Of a stretch of DNA of 64,000 nucleotides, positions 1 to 9,855 are shown one piece after another. The stretch spans positions 384,001 through 448,000 of the forward strand of contig CP084166.1 in the NCBI GenBank assembly GCA_021513695.1. The letters are read 5' to 3'. Origin of the DNA: Candidatus Heimdallarchaeum aukensis. GTDB lineage: Archaea > Asgardarchaeota > Heimdallarchaeia > Heimdallarchaeales > Heimdallarchaeaceae. The notes beneath the pieces are model-generated. The model saw only the letters and a list, made by a program, of their open reading frames with translations. It searched no databases and had not been told where the DNA came from. The position numbers and the translations under genes are program-made. Within the stretch, counting starts at the first letter, position 1. Each line of letters starts with the position of its first letter.

Positions 1-305
1 ATAGCTTCTTTAACATCTAAAGATAAACGATCCATATTTGCTTTGTGTCCCCACTTAACTTTAGCACTTTTCGTCTCTCTTTTCTCTTGTACATAAAGAT
101 TGTAGTCTTTATAGAGATGACTCCAAAGATCATTCCAAGAAAAAGGACCGGTGTTAAATCCAGGAACGAAAAAAATAGTGTAATCTTTATTCTTGTTAGT
201 GTAATAGTGGAGTAACTCAGCACCATCAGACATTGGAACATATTCTTTTTTTGCTTCATCATAAAAGGATGTATCTTGAATATAATCTTCTGGAAATTTG
301 TGCAT
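1..305 (-). CDS. alpha/beta-hydrolase-fold protein, N-terminal part (gene runs off window start)
   Basis: Reverse complement from ATG (303-305) reads MHKFPEDYIQDTSFYDEAKKEYVPMSDGAELLHYYTNKNKDYTIFFVPGFNTGPFSWNDLW... with no stop down to position 1. Absent from the ORF track because it is edge-truncated. The FFVPGF...W pattern is typical of the alpha/beta-hydrolase N-terminus. Confidence 0.4.
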   Translation of the reverse strand, partial: MHKFPEDYIQDTSFYDEAKKEYVPMSDGAELLHYYTNKNKDYTIFFVPGFNTGPFSWNDLWSHLYKDYNLYVQEKRETKSAKVKWGHKANMDRLSLDVKEA

Positions 306-552
306 GTTAATCAAGAGTAAATGAAGCAATGAGTATTTATTTTTTTGCTTGAAAAGTTGCTAATTTGTTTGAAACAATGCAACAAACTTCTCAATAATTG
401 GCTAATTTAGTATTGTAAGTTTATCAGGTTAAAAATTGTAAAAATAAAAAAATGAAAAATAATTAATAAAAATAAGAGATTTTTTGCTTTAAATGCTTGA
501 TCTTTTATTTAGGCACTATTTATTTAACGAAGAACCTTGATTTTTTTATTAT

Positions 553-900
553 TCATTGTGGCCAAGTTATTCTTATTATAAACTTTTTAGCTCTAGCACG
601 ATAAAATTTCATTAAAATTGAATATTCGTTGATTTTTTCTCTAGAGATAAATATTAAATTATGCTTCAGCAAATCAGTAATATGCCTCTTTATTGTTCCA
701 GGGTTCATTCCTGTTTTATTTTTTATGTCTATAATTGTCATTTCTTTATCTATTAACATTTTTAGAATAAAACCTTTTTTTTCGTGAAACAAAATGGGTA
801 CTACTTCAGGATTAGAAATAATTATCTCCTCTTGTTGTTCATTTCTTTCTTTTTCTTCTCTTGTTTTGCCCATTTTTTCAACTTCCATCTCTTTATTCAT
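553..900 (-). CDS. ArsR-like winged-helix transcriptional regulator
   Basis: Helix-turn-helix-like segment ILKMLIDKEMTIIDIKNKTGMNPGTIKRHITDLLKHNLI. Overlaps the upstream membrane-protein gene by 8 bp, so it is probably co-transcribed with the ABC transporter. Confidence 0.45.
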   Translation of the reverse strand: MNKEMEVEKMGKTREEKERNEQQEEIIISNPEVVPILFHEKKGFILKMLIDKEMTIIDIKNKTGMNPGTIKRHITDLLKHNLIFISREKINEYSILMKFYRARAKKFIIRITWPQ

Positions 901-1837
901 TCTGTTCTTTTTTCTTGTTCATAATTTCTTTCTTTTCCGTTTCTCCTTCTGTTTTTTGAACATTTGCAAAAATCAAACTATTATAAATTCTAGTTGCCAG
1001 CAATGCTCTCATTGGCATTCCAATAAATATAATTAGCAAGTATGATAAAACTACAAAAACTAACATTATTCTTATTAAAATTATATCTATTCCTGCTACA
1101 GTTAATGAAATGGTTAGAAGTGAGAATACCAGCAAGGGTAGCTGAAAGACTAAGAAATATACTCCCCATGTAGTTATCAAACGTTTAGGATTTTCTTTTA
1201 ATATTTTAAATGACTCATCAAAACTTTTAGTAAAACTTCCTTGTGCTGTAACGCTAGGTAAAGTAATACTAAATATAACTAAAAATATCCAAGATAAAAC
1301 AAACTGTAGAATTCTGAGTGTAATTACAAGAGTTATCTCGACAGAGGTAATAGAAGTTATTTTTACAGGATGAATAAACCTCCTATCAGGAATAAACATA
1401 CTTATTCCCATAATAAAAGTGAGTAAAACATATTTCCACCAATGTTTTCTGAAATAGCTAAAAGAACTCTTAAACTCTGCAAACATATCTCCAGAAGAAA
1501 AAATATCATAAGCTAGTCCATATTGGCAGTTCAAAAAACCAACTAACACAATGTATGATAATAAGGTTATTAAAGCAACAAATAATCTTGAAGAATTGTA
1601 ATTTTGCTTTATTGAAACAAAAAGATCACTTACAGATAAATTAGGAAGAATAATATAAATTAGAGATAATATTGAAAATAGAACCATATAAGTAATTAAG
1701 AAAGCAACAATAGCAAATAATTCTGTTGCAATAAAAGCTTTATAATTCTCCTTTAACATAGTAAAACTAACTTTAAAATCAGTTTTTGTACTCTCACCAA
1801 TTGTTTTTTTCTGCGTTTTTTGGTTCATTACTATCAC
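893..1837 (-). CDS. polytopic membrane protein, probably a second permease-like component of the ABC operon
   Basis: Several hydrophobic helices. Lies in a tight same-strand array with the ABC ATPase and permease genes. Confidence 0.45.
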   Translation of the reverse strand: MIVMNQKTQKKTIGESTKTDFKVSFTMLKENYKAFIATELFAIVAFLITYMVLFSILSLIYIILPNLSVSDLFVSIKQNYNSSRLFVALITLLSYIVLVGFLNCQYGLAYDIFSSGDMFAEFKSSFSYFRKHWWKYVLLTFIMGISMFIPDRRFIHPVKITSITSVEITLVITLRILQFVLSWIFLVIFSITLPSVTAQGSFTKSFDESFKILKENPKRLITTWGVYFLVFQLPLLVFSLLTISLTVAGIDIILIRIMLVFVVLSYLLIIFIGMPMRALLATRIYNSLIFANVQKTEGETEKKEIMNKKKEQNE

Positions 1838-2001
1838 TGTAAGTTTTCATTATTTATTTGTTGTGTGATTCTTTTCTTAACTTACTTTATTTTTCTAATT
1901 AACTTCCTAACGAAATTACTATTGGTTCATTGTGCTAAAGGAAAACAAAAGAAAATAAAGAAAACGAAAGAATAGAGAAAAAGCTTACTCTCTTTGTTCA
2001 T

Positions 2002-2883
2002 CTATCCTTGTTTTTGTTGCCTTCTTCTGAAGAAATAGTAAGCAAAGCCAAGTAATATCGCAGAATATACTAACATTCCAATTATTGCTCCTGTAACACT
2101 TGGAGTGATCCAACTCATATAAGTTGGTCCAGTACCTGTTCGAGACCTTAGTGCTCTTTCTACATATCTTTCTTCTGGCATAGCAAAGGATTCTGTGATA
2201 ATTGAACTATAATAAGTCAGTATAAAGAATGGCTCCCATGTTACTCCAGTAAACATAAGTATTGAGTTTACCAAATTGAATACCATTAAAATCATAAGTA
2301 TGCTTGTGACTACTGTTGCACTAGTACTTTTCATAAAACTACTAAAGAATGCTACAAAAGACAATACCAGAAAAGTATATAATAGAGCCCATAGCATTGA
2401 AATCCAAATAGTTCCAGGTAAAGAATTGTATTTTATTGCTGTTGTTATACCAACTAACAAATAGTAGATTATAACTGAAAGCGCTGAAAGTAGGTATCGA
2501 GCTAGCATTCTACCAGTAAAAAGTCGTCCTTTTGTAATTTTGGGGAAAATCAAGTTTCCTGTATGACTGTTATAATCTTCTGCAATTATTGAACCACCAA
2601 AAGTTGTCGCTATAATCATTATTAGAAAGTCAATTAGTATAAGATAACTTTTAATGTAGTCTACGGGATCCTCAGGGGCATCAGCTCCTCTACCTTCTTG
2701 AATAAGATTGATAGCCATTGACATCAAATAAATTAAAAGTAAAGCAATAAACATCATAAAGAAATTCTTTAGATTACGCTTAATTTCAAAATTTACTGTA
2801 GATTTTATCTGAACAAAACCTCTCCTTAACCCAGTTTTTGTTCTTTCTATTTCTAGATTTTCATTTTTATTGATTGTTATCAT
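2002..2883 (-). CDS. ABC-2 type transporter permease
   Basis: Six predicted TM helices. Immediately downstream of the ABC ATPase gene with a 35-bp gap. Confidence 0.6.
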   Translation of the reverse strand: MITINKNENLEIERTKTGLRRGFVQIKSTVNFEIKRNLKNFFMMFIALLLIYLMSMAINLIQEGRGADAPEDPVDYIKSYLILIDFLIMIIATTFGGSIIAEDYNSHTGNLIFPKITKGRLFTGRMLARYLLSALSVIIYYLLVGITTAIKYNSLPGTIWISMLWALLYTFLVLSFVAFFSSFMKSTSATVVTSILMILMVFNLVNSILMFTGVTWEPFFILTYYSSIITESFAMPEERYVERALRSRTGTGPTYMSWITPSVTGAIIGMLVYSAILLGFAYYFFRRRQQKQG

Positions 2884-2917
2884 TTTTTTTACCTCATATG
2901 TATTTTAATTCGTTTGT

Positions 2918-3994
2918 TTAATTCGCTACAGAGACAGCTACCCTTGTTTTTTCAATTTCGCCGTTTTCATGCTCAAAACCCAAGTCAGTTTGTGAAATGT
3001 ATTTAAGATACAAATCTTCCAACAAGTTAGTTCTTGGAACCGAAACTCCCAAAACTTTTAATCCGCTGTGAGCAAGAGCATCAAAAATAACTTGCTGTTT
3101 TTCAGGACTTCCATCAAATGTAACTTCAAACAGTTTTAAATCAGTGTTATAAGTAACTGCTTCTTTACCTAAATTACTTAAACCATTTATTTTACCTATA
3201 ATATCGTTTAAAACAACCAAAGTTTTTTCAGTATCATATGGTTGCAATATCTCTATTTGTAAGACACTTCTCTTTGACATCTTTTCGAGGTTTTCTAAAG
3301 TATCAAAAGCAATTAACTGACCATTATAAATAATACCTATCCTGTCAGCAAGCTCACTAATCTCATATAATAAATGACTACTAATGAAAACAGTCTTACC
3401 TTTGGCTTTTAGGCCTTTTATAAATGCCCGCACCTCTTTCCTCGCTTTAGGATCCAAACCAGTCTGGGGTTCATCAAGAATAACAACTTCAGGATCATGA
3501 ACTATGGCAGAAACAATACCTATTTTCTGTCTCATACCCTTAGAAAAAGTACCAAGCTTTTTGTCAATCCAATCAGACATACCAATTATCTCAACAACCT
3601 CTTCAACTCTGCTATTGATCAACTTTTTAGGATAACCCTTTAACTCAGCAAAATAACTTAAAACCTGTCTAGGAGTCATATGCTTATAAAAAGCAGGATT
3701 TTCAATGAGAAAACCAACATTGTCTAAAAGATAGTCTTTGGACTTATGAGTTAATTTCTGCAAAGAACCATTACCCTTTATCCAAATTTCACCATCGTCA
3801 GGAATTAATAACCTGGCAATCATTTTCATTGTAGTAGATTTTCCTGCTCCATTAGGACCCAAAAAACCTATTATCTCTCCCTTCTTTATGTCCAAGGAGA
3901 TATTATTAACTGCAATAAAACTTCCAAATGTCTTAGTGACATTCCTTAAGCTTATCACAATATCTTCATCATTTTTCAAACTAGCATTGTTCAT
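2918..3994 (-). CDS. ABC transporter ATP-binding protein
   Basis: Walker A GPNGAGKST, ABC signature FSKGMRQKIGI and Walker B VVILDEP. Confidence 0.9.
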   Translation of the reverse strand: MNNASLKNDEDIVISLRNVTKTFGSFIAVNNISLDIKKGEIIGFLGPNGAGKSTTMKMIARLLIPDDGEIWIKGNGSLQKLTHKSKDYLLDNVGFLIENPAFYKHMTPRQVLSYFAELKGYPKKLINSRVEEVVEIIGMSDWIDKKLGTFSKGMRQKIGIVSAIVHDPEVVILDEPQTGLDPKARKEVRAFIKGLKAKGKTVFISSHLLYEISELADRIGIIYNGQLIAFDTLENLEKMSKRSVLQIEILQPYDTEKTLVVLNDIIGKINGLSNLGKEAVTYNTDLKLFEVTFDGSPEKQQVIFDALAHSGLKVLGVSVPRTNLLEDLYLKYISQTDLGFEHENGEIEKTRVAVSVAN

Positions 3995-4347
3995 TTAATC
4001 ACCTTTCTATCTAAGAATAGAACAATTTTCAAGATATAAAAACGTTTGCATTTTTCGCAAACGCTTGACAAATATGAAAAAGGTGGAATAATCAGTGAAT
4101 ATCATTCATAAACTTAAACAACTTTAATCAGATAGTAACTGTTGATAAAGACAATGGGGTTATTCGTTTTCTTAACAAATATAATAATTTATGAAACAGT
4201 GGACGAAGATAAAAAGAAAAGATAGTTGGAAAACATTTTTTTCCTGTAAATTTGTGATTTATTGTTTAAATAGAAATATATTCGAGAATAATCTCTTTTA
4301 TGAATTTTCTAAAAATGCTTTTATGCTAGAACCCTAAGTTTGTTTAT

Positions 4348-4998
4348 ATGAAAAAGTCTTCTGAAAAAATAATTTTGACTATTTGTTATAATAACGAGGA
4401 AACATGTGATAGTTGTTCTCTTTTTGGTAATTTAATGTGTAAGTTAGATCACAAAGACTCGATTATATTTATTTGGCCATTTTTAACAATGATTGGCCTT
4501 TTAACTGCAGGTATTGTAATAACAAGAGTAAAGGTTGGTACTCCTTGGTGGGCAATAATTACTTTCATAGGGGTATATTTTCTGTATATGCTTTTTTTCT
4601 TTAACATCTGGGAAAGTAAGATTCTCTGCAGTCATTGTCCTTTCTATATTATCGACGATTCAAAGATTCTAAAATGTTATGCGAATTATGGTTTCTTAAA
4701 AACAGCTAAATACAACCCTGCACCCATTTCTAAATCTGAGCAAATACAGTTTTTAATAGGAGCTTTGTTGCTTTTTTTTATTCCGATAACTTTTCTTTTG
4801 ATTATTCAGAACTTTCTTTTTGCAGGGTTAGTTTCTTTAAGCACAATAATCTTTTTTGTTAATACTATGAATACTTCTTGTAAGAAATGTCCTAATTTCT
4901 CTTGTATCCTAAATAGGGTTCCTGAAGAGTGGAAAGAAGAATATTTTAAAAAGAATGAACTTATGAAAAAAGCATGGGAAGAAAGCAAACAAAAGTAA
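4348..4998 (+). CDS. Cys-rich membrane protein (hypothetical)
   Basis: N-terminal CxxC-like cluster (CDSCSLFGNLMC), C-terminal CKKCPNFSC and four hydrophobic helices. Confidence 0.4.
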   Translation: MKKSSEKIILTICYNNEETCDSCSLFGNLMCKLDHKDSIIFIWPFLTMIGLLTAGIVITRVKVGTPWWAIITFIGVYFLYMLFFFNIWESKILCSHCPFYIIDDSKILKCYANYGFLKTAKYNPAPISKSEQIQFLIGALLLFFIPITFLLIIQNFLFAGLVSLSTIIFFVNTMNTSCKKCPNFSCILNRVPEEWKEEYFKKNELMKKAWEESKQK

Positions 4999-5082
4999 TT
5001 TTTATTAACATTTTTTCTTCAATTTCTCTTTTTTGTAAATAAAATTAAAAAAATTTAAAAACAACTGACTATTTTAGAAACC

Positions 5083-6525
5083 ATGAGCATTGTAAAAAAA
5101 ACAAATAAAAAGAATGTTTTTCTATTTAGTTTCTACGACATTGCTAATACAGTTTATTCACAAGTTATACAAAGTACAATTATTTTGCGTTATATTCAAA
5201 TTATAGGTCAAGTAGAGAATGGAATGACTAAAGATCAAGCCTATTTTGTTTTTACCACAATTCAAGCTTTGAGTCAAATTTTAGTTGTTGCTCTCATTCC
5301 TCTTTTTGGAGCAATGATGGATAGAGCTGGTAGAAAAAAACCTTTTGTACTTACTATCACTGGAATTACTTTAATTAGCACTTCCCTTTTCTGGATTAAG
5401 AAGAGTATAGCTGTTGTGATGACGCTTTTTATTTTAGCGAACCTCGCTTATTGGGCTGCTCTTGCCGCTTATGATGCGATGATACCTTCTTTGGCTGCAG
5501 AAAAAGATATTGGTAAGACTTCAGGGATAGCAATGGGTTTAGGTTGGGTTTCTATAATTCCCGCTATAGGAATAACTATACTTGCTAATTCTCTTTGGGG
5601 ACAACCAAACGCTGACCCCAATCAAGGACCAGTTGTTTATGGTTATTATGCTAACCCTTGGACATATATTATGACTGTAGGTTTGTTTATTCTATTCTTA
5701 ATACCATTCTTGTTCACAAAAGAAAAAGCTAAACCTGGCGAGTTTCCTAAATTTAAGGAGTTACTAAATGATTCATTTGGAGAACTCTATCGTACCTTTA
5801 GAGATATTAGAAAACATAAAGAGATGTTCAAATTCATAATTGGCTACTTCTTCATTGTTGACATGGCCAACACAGCAAATATCATCCTCTTAGATGTTCT
5901 TAGAGATGCAATAGGTTTTCCTGAAAGTCAAAGTCTAATACTCCAGCTTCCTGTAGTCTTTGCAGCTATATTTGTTATTCCTATAATTGGTTGGATGGGT
6001 GATAAATTTGGTGCTAAAGCAACAGTATGGACTGTAGGAGCACTATATATTACAGGACTTATTTCAGGAATATTTGCTATATGGTATGGTAAGAAATCTG
6101 TCTCTCCTGGACTAACATTAATGTTCATTCTTACTTTCGTTATGATGATCTGTGTAGGTATAGGTTTAGGTTCAACGTGGGTAGTTCAAAGGGTAATGAT
6201 ACTAAAACTTGCTCCACCAGAAAAAGTAGGTGAATACGTGGGTTTCTCTTACATTGCAGGGAGATTGAACGCTTCTGTGGCGATTTTTATCTGGGGAGGA
6301 ATAATTAAGGTGTTCTATCCTATTTTCAATGCTAAAGGGTATGATTATCGAACTTATTCTGTAGGACTACTATTCTTGCTCTTTTTACTAGTTGTAGGAA
6401 TGGTAATAACATTCTTCGTTAAAATACCCACAGATGAAGAAAGAAAGAAGTGGGCAGAGGATTATATAAATAAAGGAATGAAAACACAAACTGAACTAGA
6501 AAAAGAGCAGATGAAGAAATCTTGA
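5083..6525 (+). CDS. MFS transporter
   Basis: About 12 TM helices. MFS signature motif A GAMMDRAGRKKP lies between TM2 and TM3. Confidence 0.75.
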   Translation: MSIVKKTNKKNVFLFSFYDIANTVYSQVIQSTIILRYIQIIGQVENGMTKDQAYFVFTTIQALSQILVVALIPLFGAMMDRAGRKKPFVLTITGITLISTSLFWIKKSIAVVMTLFILANLAYWAALAAYDAMIPSLAAEKDIGKTSGIAMGLGWVSIIPAIGITILANSLWGQPNADPNQGPVVYGYYANPWTYIMTVGLFILFLIPFLFTKEKAKPGEFPKFKELLNDSFGELYRTFRDIRKHKEMFKFIIGYFFIVDMANTANIILLDVLRDAIGFPESQSLILQLPVVFAAIFVIPIIGWMGDKFGAKATVWTVGALYITGLISGIFAIWYGKKSVSPGLTLMFILTFVMMICVGIGLGSTWVVQRVMILKLAPPEKVGEYVGFSYIAGRLNASVAIFIWGGIIKVFYPIFNAKGYDYRTYSVGLLFLLFLLVVGMVITFFVKIPTDEERKKWAEDYINKGMKTQTELEKEQMKKS

Positions 6526-6651
6526 TCCCTCTTTTACTCATAATTTTTTAAAAGAAATCTTAATTTCTCTTTTTTTATCATTTTTTTATCTATAAGAATC
6601 ATTTAAAGCTGAATAAGAAGATTTTTTTATTACGCTTCTATTGTTGTTTTA

Positions 6652-7692
6652 ATGAGGATTCTACAGAATAAAAAAAATAAAATCCTAGTTATCTTTACTT
6701 TTACGGTCTTTTGTTTAATGTTTGCTTACAACATTGTGGGAAAACCCACAAAAGATGAAAATGCAATGCTTTATTCTTATCAGAACATGTTAATCGTTCG
6801 ATATCACGATATAAGAGTAGATATTAGTTCTGTAGATGAGATTTTATGTAAGGAATCTTTTATTATTGAAAACTTTGAAAATAGTAGTCTTGACACAATT
6901 CCTTTGTGGTTCAATTATTCTATTAGTTCAATTAAAATTAAAGACATTAACGGTTCTCTTCTCTATAATTGGAAAGTTGTTGAAACTAATTCTAACTTTG
7001 TAGAAGTTTATTTAAGGAAAAACATAACATTACATGAAATTGCTTCCTTTTCGGTAGAATATGAACTGTTAAAAGATATTCCTCTGATACCAGCAGAAAA
7101 AAATTATTACTTATTTGAGTTTTATACATCTATTACCTATTCAACATCTGTATTAAATGTGGAGTTTTCTCTACCTGAAAATAGTTTTATTCATCAGAGT
7201 GATGAATCAATTTATCCAAACAATGGAGTACAGAAAATAAATTATAATAGAATAACTGTTTCATGGCAAAGCAATAATGTAAGTGCTTTCTCTAATCCCT
7301 TATTTTATGCTAAGTTTAACGAGCCCATAACTGTTGAAGAAAAACAAGGTTTTTTTGAAAAAGCTCTTAATCTTTTTCTTTCTGGTTTATTACTTGGCTT
7401 TTTCTTGGGTATAAGTTTTCTTTCTTGGTTTGCAAGATATAAAGAAAAAAGAGCAAAGAAGCAACTAGGTTTAACTCTTCTAGATGAAAATCAAAAAGAA
7501 TTGATTAAAATAGTTTATGAACACAATGGAAAAATAAGTCAGAAAGAAATGTGTACAGTTACAGGTTTTTCTAAATCAAAGATTAGCAGAAATTTGATTC
7601 CTTTAGAAAAAAGAGGGCTGATTTACAGAGAAAAATGGGGAAGAACATATGTTATCCACCTTACTAAAGAAGGAAAAACAGTTATTGAGTAA
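6652..7692 (+). CDS. membrane-anchored winged-helix regulator with an extracytoplasmic domain
   Basis: N-terminal signal-anchor, a ~250-aa N-glycosylation-sequon-rich domain, a TM helix (LLGFFLGISFLSWF), then a C-terminal MarR/TrmB-like wHTH (LIKIVYEHNGKISQKEMCTVTGFSKSKISRNLIPLEKRGLI). Confidence 0.5.
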   Translation: MRILQNKKNKILVIFTFTVFCLMFAYNIVGKPTKDENAMLYSYQNMLIVRYHDIRVDISSVDEILCKESFIIENFENSSLDTIPLWFNYSISSIKIKDINGSLLYNWKVVETNSNFVEVYLRKNITLHEIASFSVEYELLKDIPLIPAEKNYYLFEFYTSITYSTSVLNVEFSLPENSFIHQSDESIYPNNGVQKINYNRITVSWQSNNVSAFSNPLFYAKFNEPITVEEKQGFFEKALNLFLSGLLLGFFLGISFLSWFARYKEKRAKKQLGLTLLDENQKELIKIVYEHNGKISQKEMCTVTGFSKSKISRNLIPLEKRGLIYREKWGRTYVIHLTKEGKTVIE

Positions 7693-7822
7693 AACAAATG
7701 AAATTATAGATAGCAAATTCTTGTAGACTAGTTACTTTTTCAATTTTAGTTTCTAATTTCCTTTATTTGTTTATTTGTTTATTATAGGCCGTGATTTTAT
7801 ATGATTGTAAGTTTTTCAAATC

Positions 7823-7876
7823 GTTTCACTTTTGTTTCACAAGTCATGCAACCGTTTCTATACTGTTTCACTTTTG
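7823..7876 (+). promoter_or_regulatory. repeated GTTTCA(C) motif array (putative operator) upstream of the surface-protein gene
   Basis: gtttcacttttg occurs at 7823-7834 and 7865-7876. Additional gtttcac and cgtttct copies at 7834 and 7853 give spacings of 11, 20 and 11 bp, within 100 bp of the start at 7921. Confidence 0.3.
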
Positions 7877-7920
7877 ATGAATCCAACTTTTAATAAATCA
7901 TCATTTCAACATTTAATCAG

Positions 7921-9000
7921 GTGAAAAAAATGAACAAGAAACTAACCACATATTTGGCTATTACAGGAGTATTATTTTTAGTACTTATGAGTTCTTTACC
8001 ACTAACTTCTTTGGCTTACAAAGAAGATAATGTAAATGTAGGTAAAGATAATGGATCTTTTATTATTGATACTCCACTATTAAAAGTAAAGCTAATGGAC
8101 AATAAACCTGATATTATGTTCTGGATTGCAAACGATACTGATTCGAATAAAAGAAACCCTGTACCTGCTTATCACGTAGGATTCAACTATGTAACAGAGC
8201 TATTTGGAGATGATTTAGTAGTAGATAACAGAACTGAACTCGGTGGAAAATCATACAATTTAGCAGCAATTGATTGGACTTTAACAACTGAAAATTATAC
8301 TAACGAAATTGTTTCAACTTTAACTTCTGAGATTTTATCTAATGGTGCAACAATTAGTTTTATTTTCCATGTTTTCACAGAAGATACAACTGTTACAAGA
8401 GTATTAAATGATAGCACTACTGTGACCTATGATGTAAAAGCTCTCTCTGAAGTCAAATTTGATATTGTTGTTTCAAATTGGACCTTCACAGAAGGAGCAG
8501 TAGGATTAACTTTTATTACAACTATACATGAACTTGCATATAGACACAGAGTAAGGGCAGGAAATGCTACACATACCCAAGGTGAAACAGAAAATAGAAA
8601 CAGTACTGAAACCTATCCAAGCGATAAAAGAAATAATGACCCTGAAAGATGGGGTGTAGAATTTACTGATGAAAAAGGAAATCTACAAAGCTATTTTGCT
8701 TGGACACCAGAAGCTGATGTTTTTGATGCAGACGACAATTACTTAAAAACGGTAAACGTAACTGCCACTACAGCTGAGAAAGGTTTCAAAGAAACAGATC
8801 ACTTTAACAAAAGATTTGGAATTGATTACTTATTCCTCTACCTTACTTATCCAAATTACGGAGACAATTTAAAACTTGTACACGACCCAACAATTGGAGT
8901 AGTTGAAAGTACAGGCGGTATTTCATGGTCAACAACTGCATCAATAGTCTTACCTTTAGTAATCGTAGGTTTAATAGTAATAAATAGAAGAAGAAAATAA
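7921..9000 (+). CDS. secreted cell-surface protein with C-terminal TM anchor
   Basis: N-terminal signal peptide, many N-x-S/T sequons, and a C-terminal hydrophobic helix followed by RRRK. Confidence 0.55.
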   Translation: MKKMNKKLTTYLAITGVLFLVLMSSLPLTSLAYKEDNVNVGKDNGSFIIDTPLLKVKLMDNKPDIMFWIANDTDSNKRNPVPAYHVGFNYVTELFGDDLVVDNRTELGGKSYNLAAIDWTLTTENYTNEIVSTLTSEILSNGATISFIFHVFTEDTTVTRVLNDSTTVTYDVKALSEVKFDIVVSNWTFTEGAVGLTFITTIHELAYRHRVRAGNATHTQGETENRNSTETYPSDKRNNDPERWGVEFTDEKGNLQSYFAWTPEADVFDADDNYLKTVNVTATTAEKGFKETDHFNKRFGIDYLFLYLTYPNYGDNLKLVHDPTIGVVESTGGISWSTTASIVLPLVIVGLIVINRRRK

Positions 9001-9819
9001 TTATCCTTTTTCTTTCTTTTTACTTTTTTTCATTTTACTTAAACTTTTAGCGTATTCTAAAGCTTCTTTGTATCTTTCTATAGTCTCAACTTGTAATTCG
9101 TCATCTGAATCTAAATTGGAAATTTTTTCTCTTAAAGTTCTTATAAAGAGTTTGAGTTCATCATCAGGAAGTTCTTCAATTATTGTCTTCGCCAAAGAAA
9201 TATTAGCTGTATCGACATTCGGAATGTCTAATTCTAAAGGGTTTTTTTCCCATTCTTCTATAGAATAAGCTAATTGTTCTGTTCCTAAAAGATCTATTAT
9301 TTGATCAATCTTGAAAGGAACAAGTTCTTTAAATCTTTTAAAGGCATTAGCATATTTTTCACTTTCTGCAATCCTAGTTGCAAAAAATCTGTCTGTTGGA
9401 AACAGAATTTTGACAGCACTTAATACAAAAGTACCTGACTGAAAAATCAAAACTAATGAGTTTGCTTCTGTTGAGTTTTCATTTGGTGAGGATAGAAAAG
9501 CCTTTTCCAATCTCTCTTTGTTGGTTAGTTTCCATATTCTTCTTAATAACTTTATTTCAAAAGCTCCTTTTACCTTCTTATTTTTACTTTCAATGAATAT
9601 TATGTAATCTTTTTTTCTAATTGTTCCAGTGTAATTTTTCCTTAATTGAGTTAGATCTACTTCTTCTCCTTCTTCTTTCTTCTCTCTATAATAAAAAATA
9701 ATTTTCTTCTCACTACTAATGAAAGATTTTTTACTTTCAGTTACCTCTCTGTCTGTGTCTCTAAGAAGTAAAATCTTCTCAAGAATAAAAGGAAGATTTT
9801 CTTCAGAAACATCAATCAT
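9001..9819 (-). CDS. hypothetical protein (Lys/Glu-rich)
   Basis: Long ORF with coding-like composition and no recognisable motif. Confidence 0.4.
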   Translation of the reverse strand: MIDVSEENLPFILEKILLLRDTDREVTESKKSFISSEKKIIFYYREKKEEGEEVDLTQLRKNYTGTIRKKDYIIFIESKNKKVKGAFEIKLLRRIWKLTNKERLEKAFLSSPNENSTEANSLVLIFQSGTFVLSAVKILFPTDRFFATRIAESEKYANAFKRFKELVPFKIDQIIDLLGTEQLAYSIEEWEKNPLELDIPNVDTANISLAKTIIEELPDDELKLFIRTLREKISNLDSDDELQVETIERYKEALEYAKSLSKMKKSKKKEKG

Positions 9820-9855
9820 AAAAGAACTATATGAAAATAAGTTTTTAACCTTTGC

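Noticed and set aside
17-262. 81-aa minus-strand ORF from the track at the window start
   Set aside because: A different frame on the same strand gives an uninterrupted alpha/beta-hydrolase-like ORF running off the edge. The 81-aa ORF is hydrophobic low-complexity and most likely spurious.
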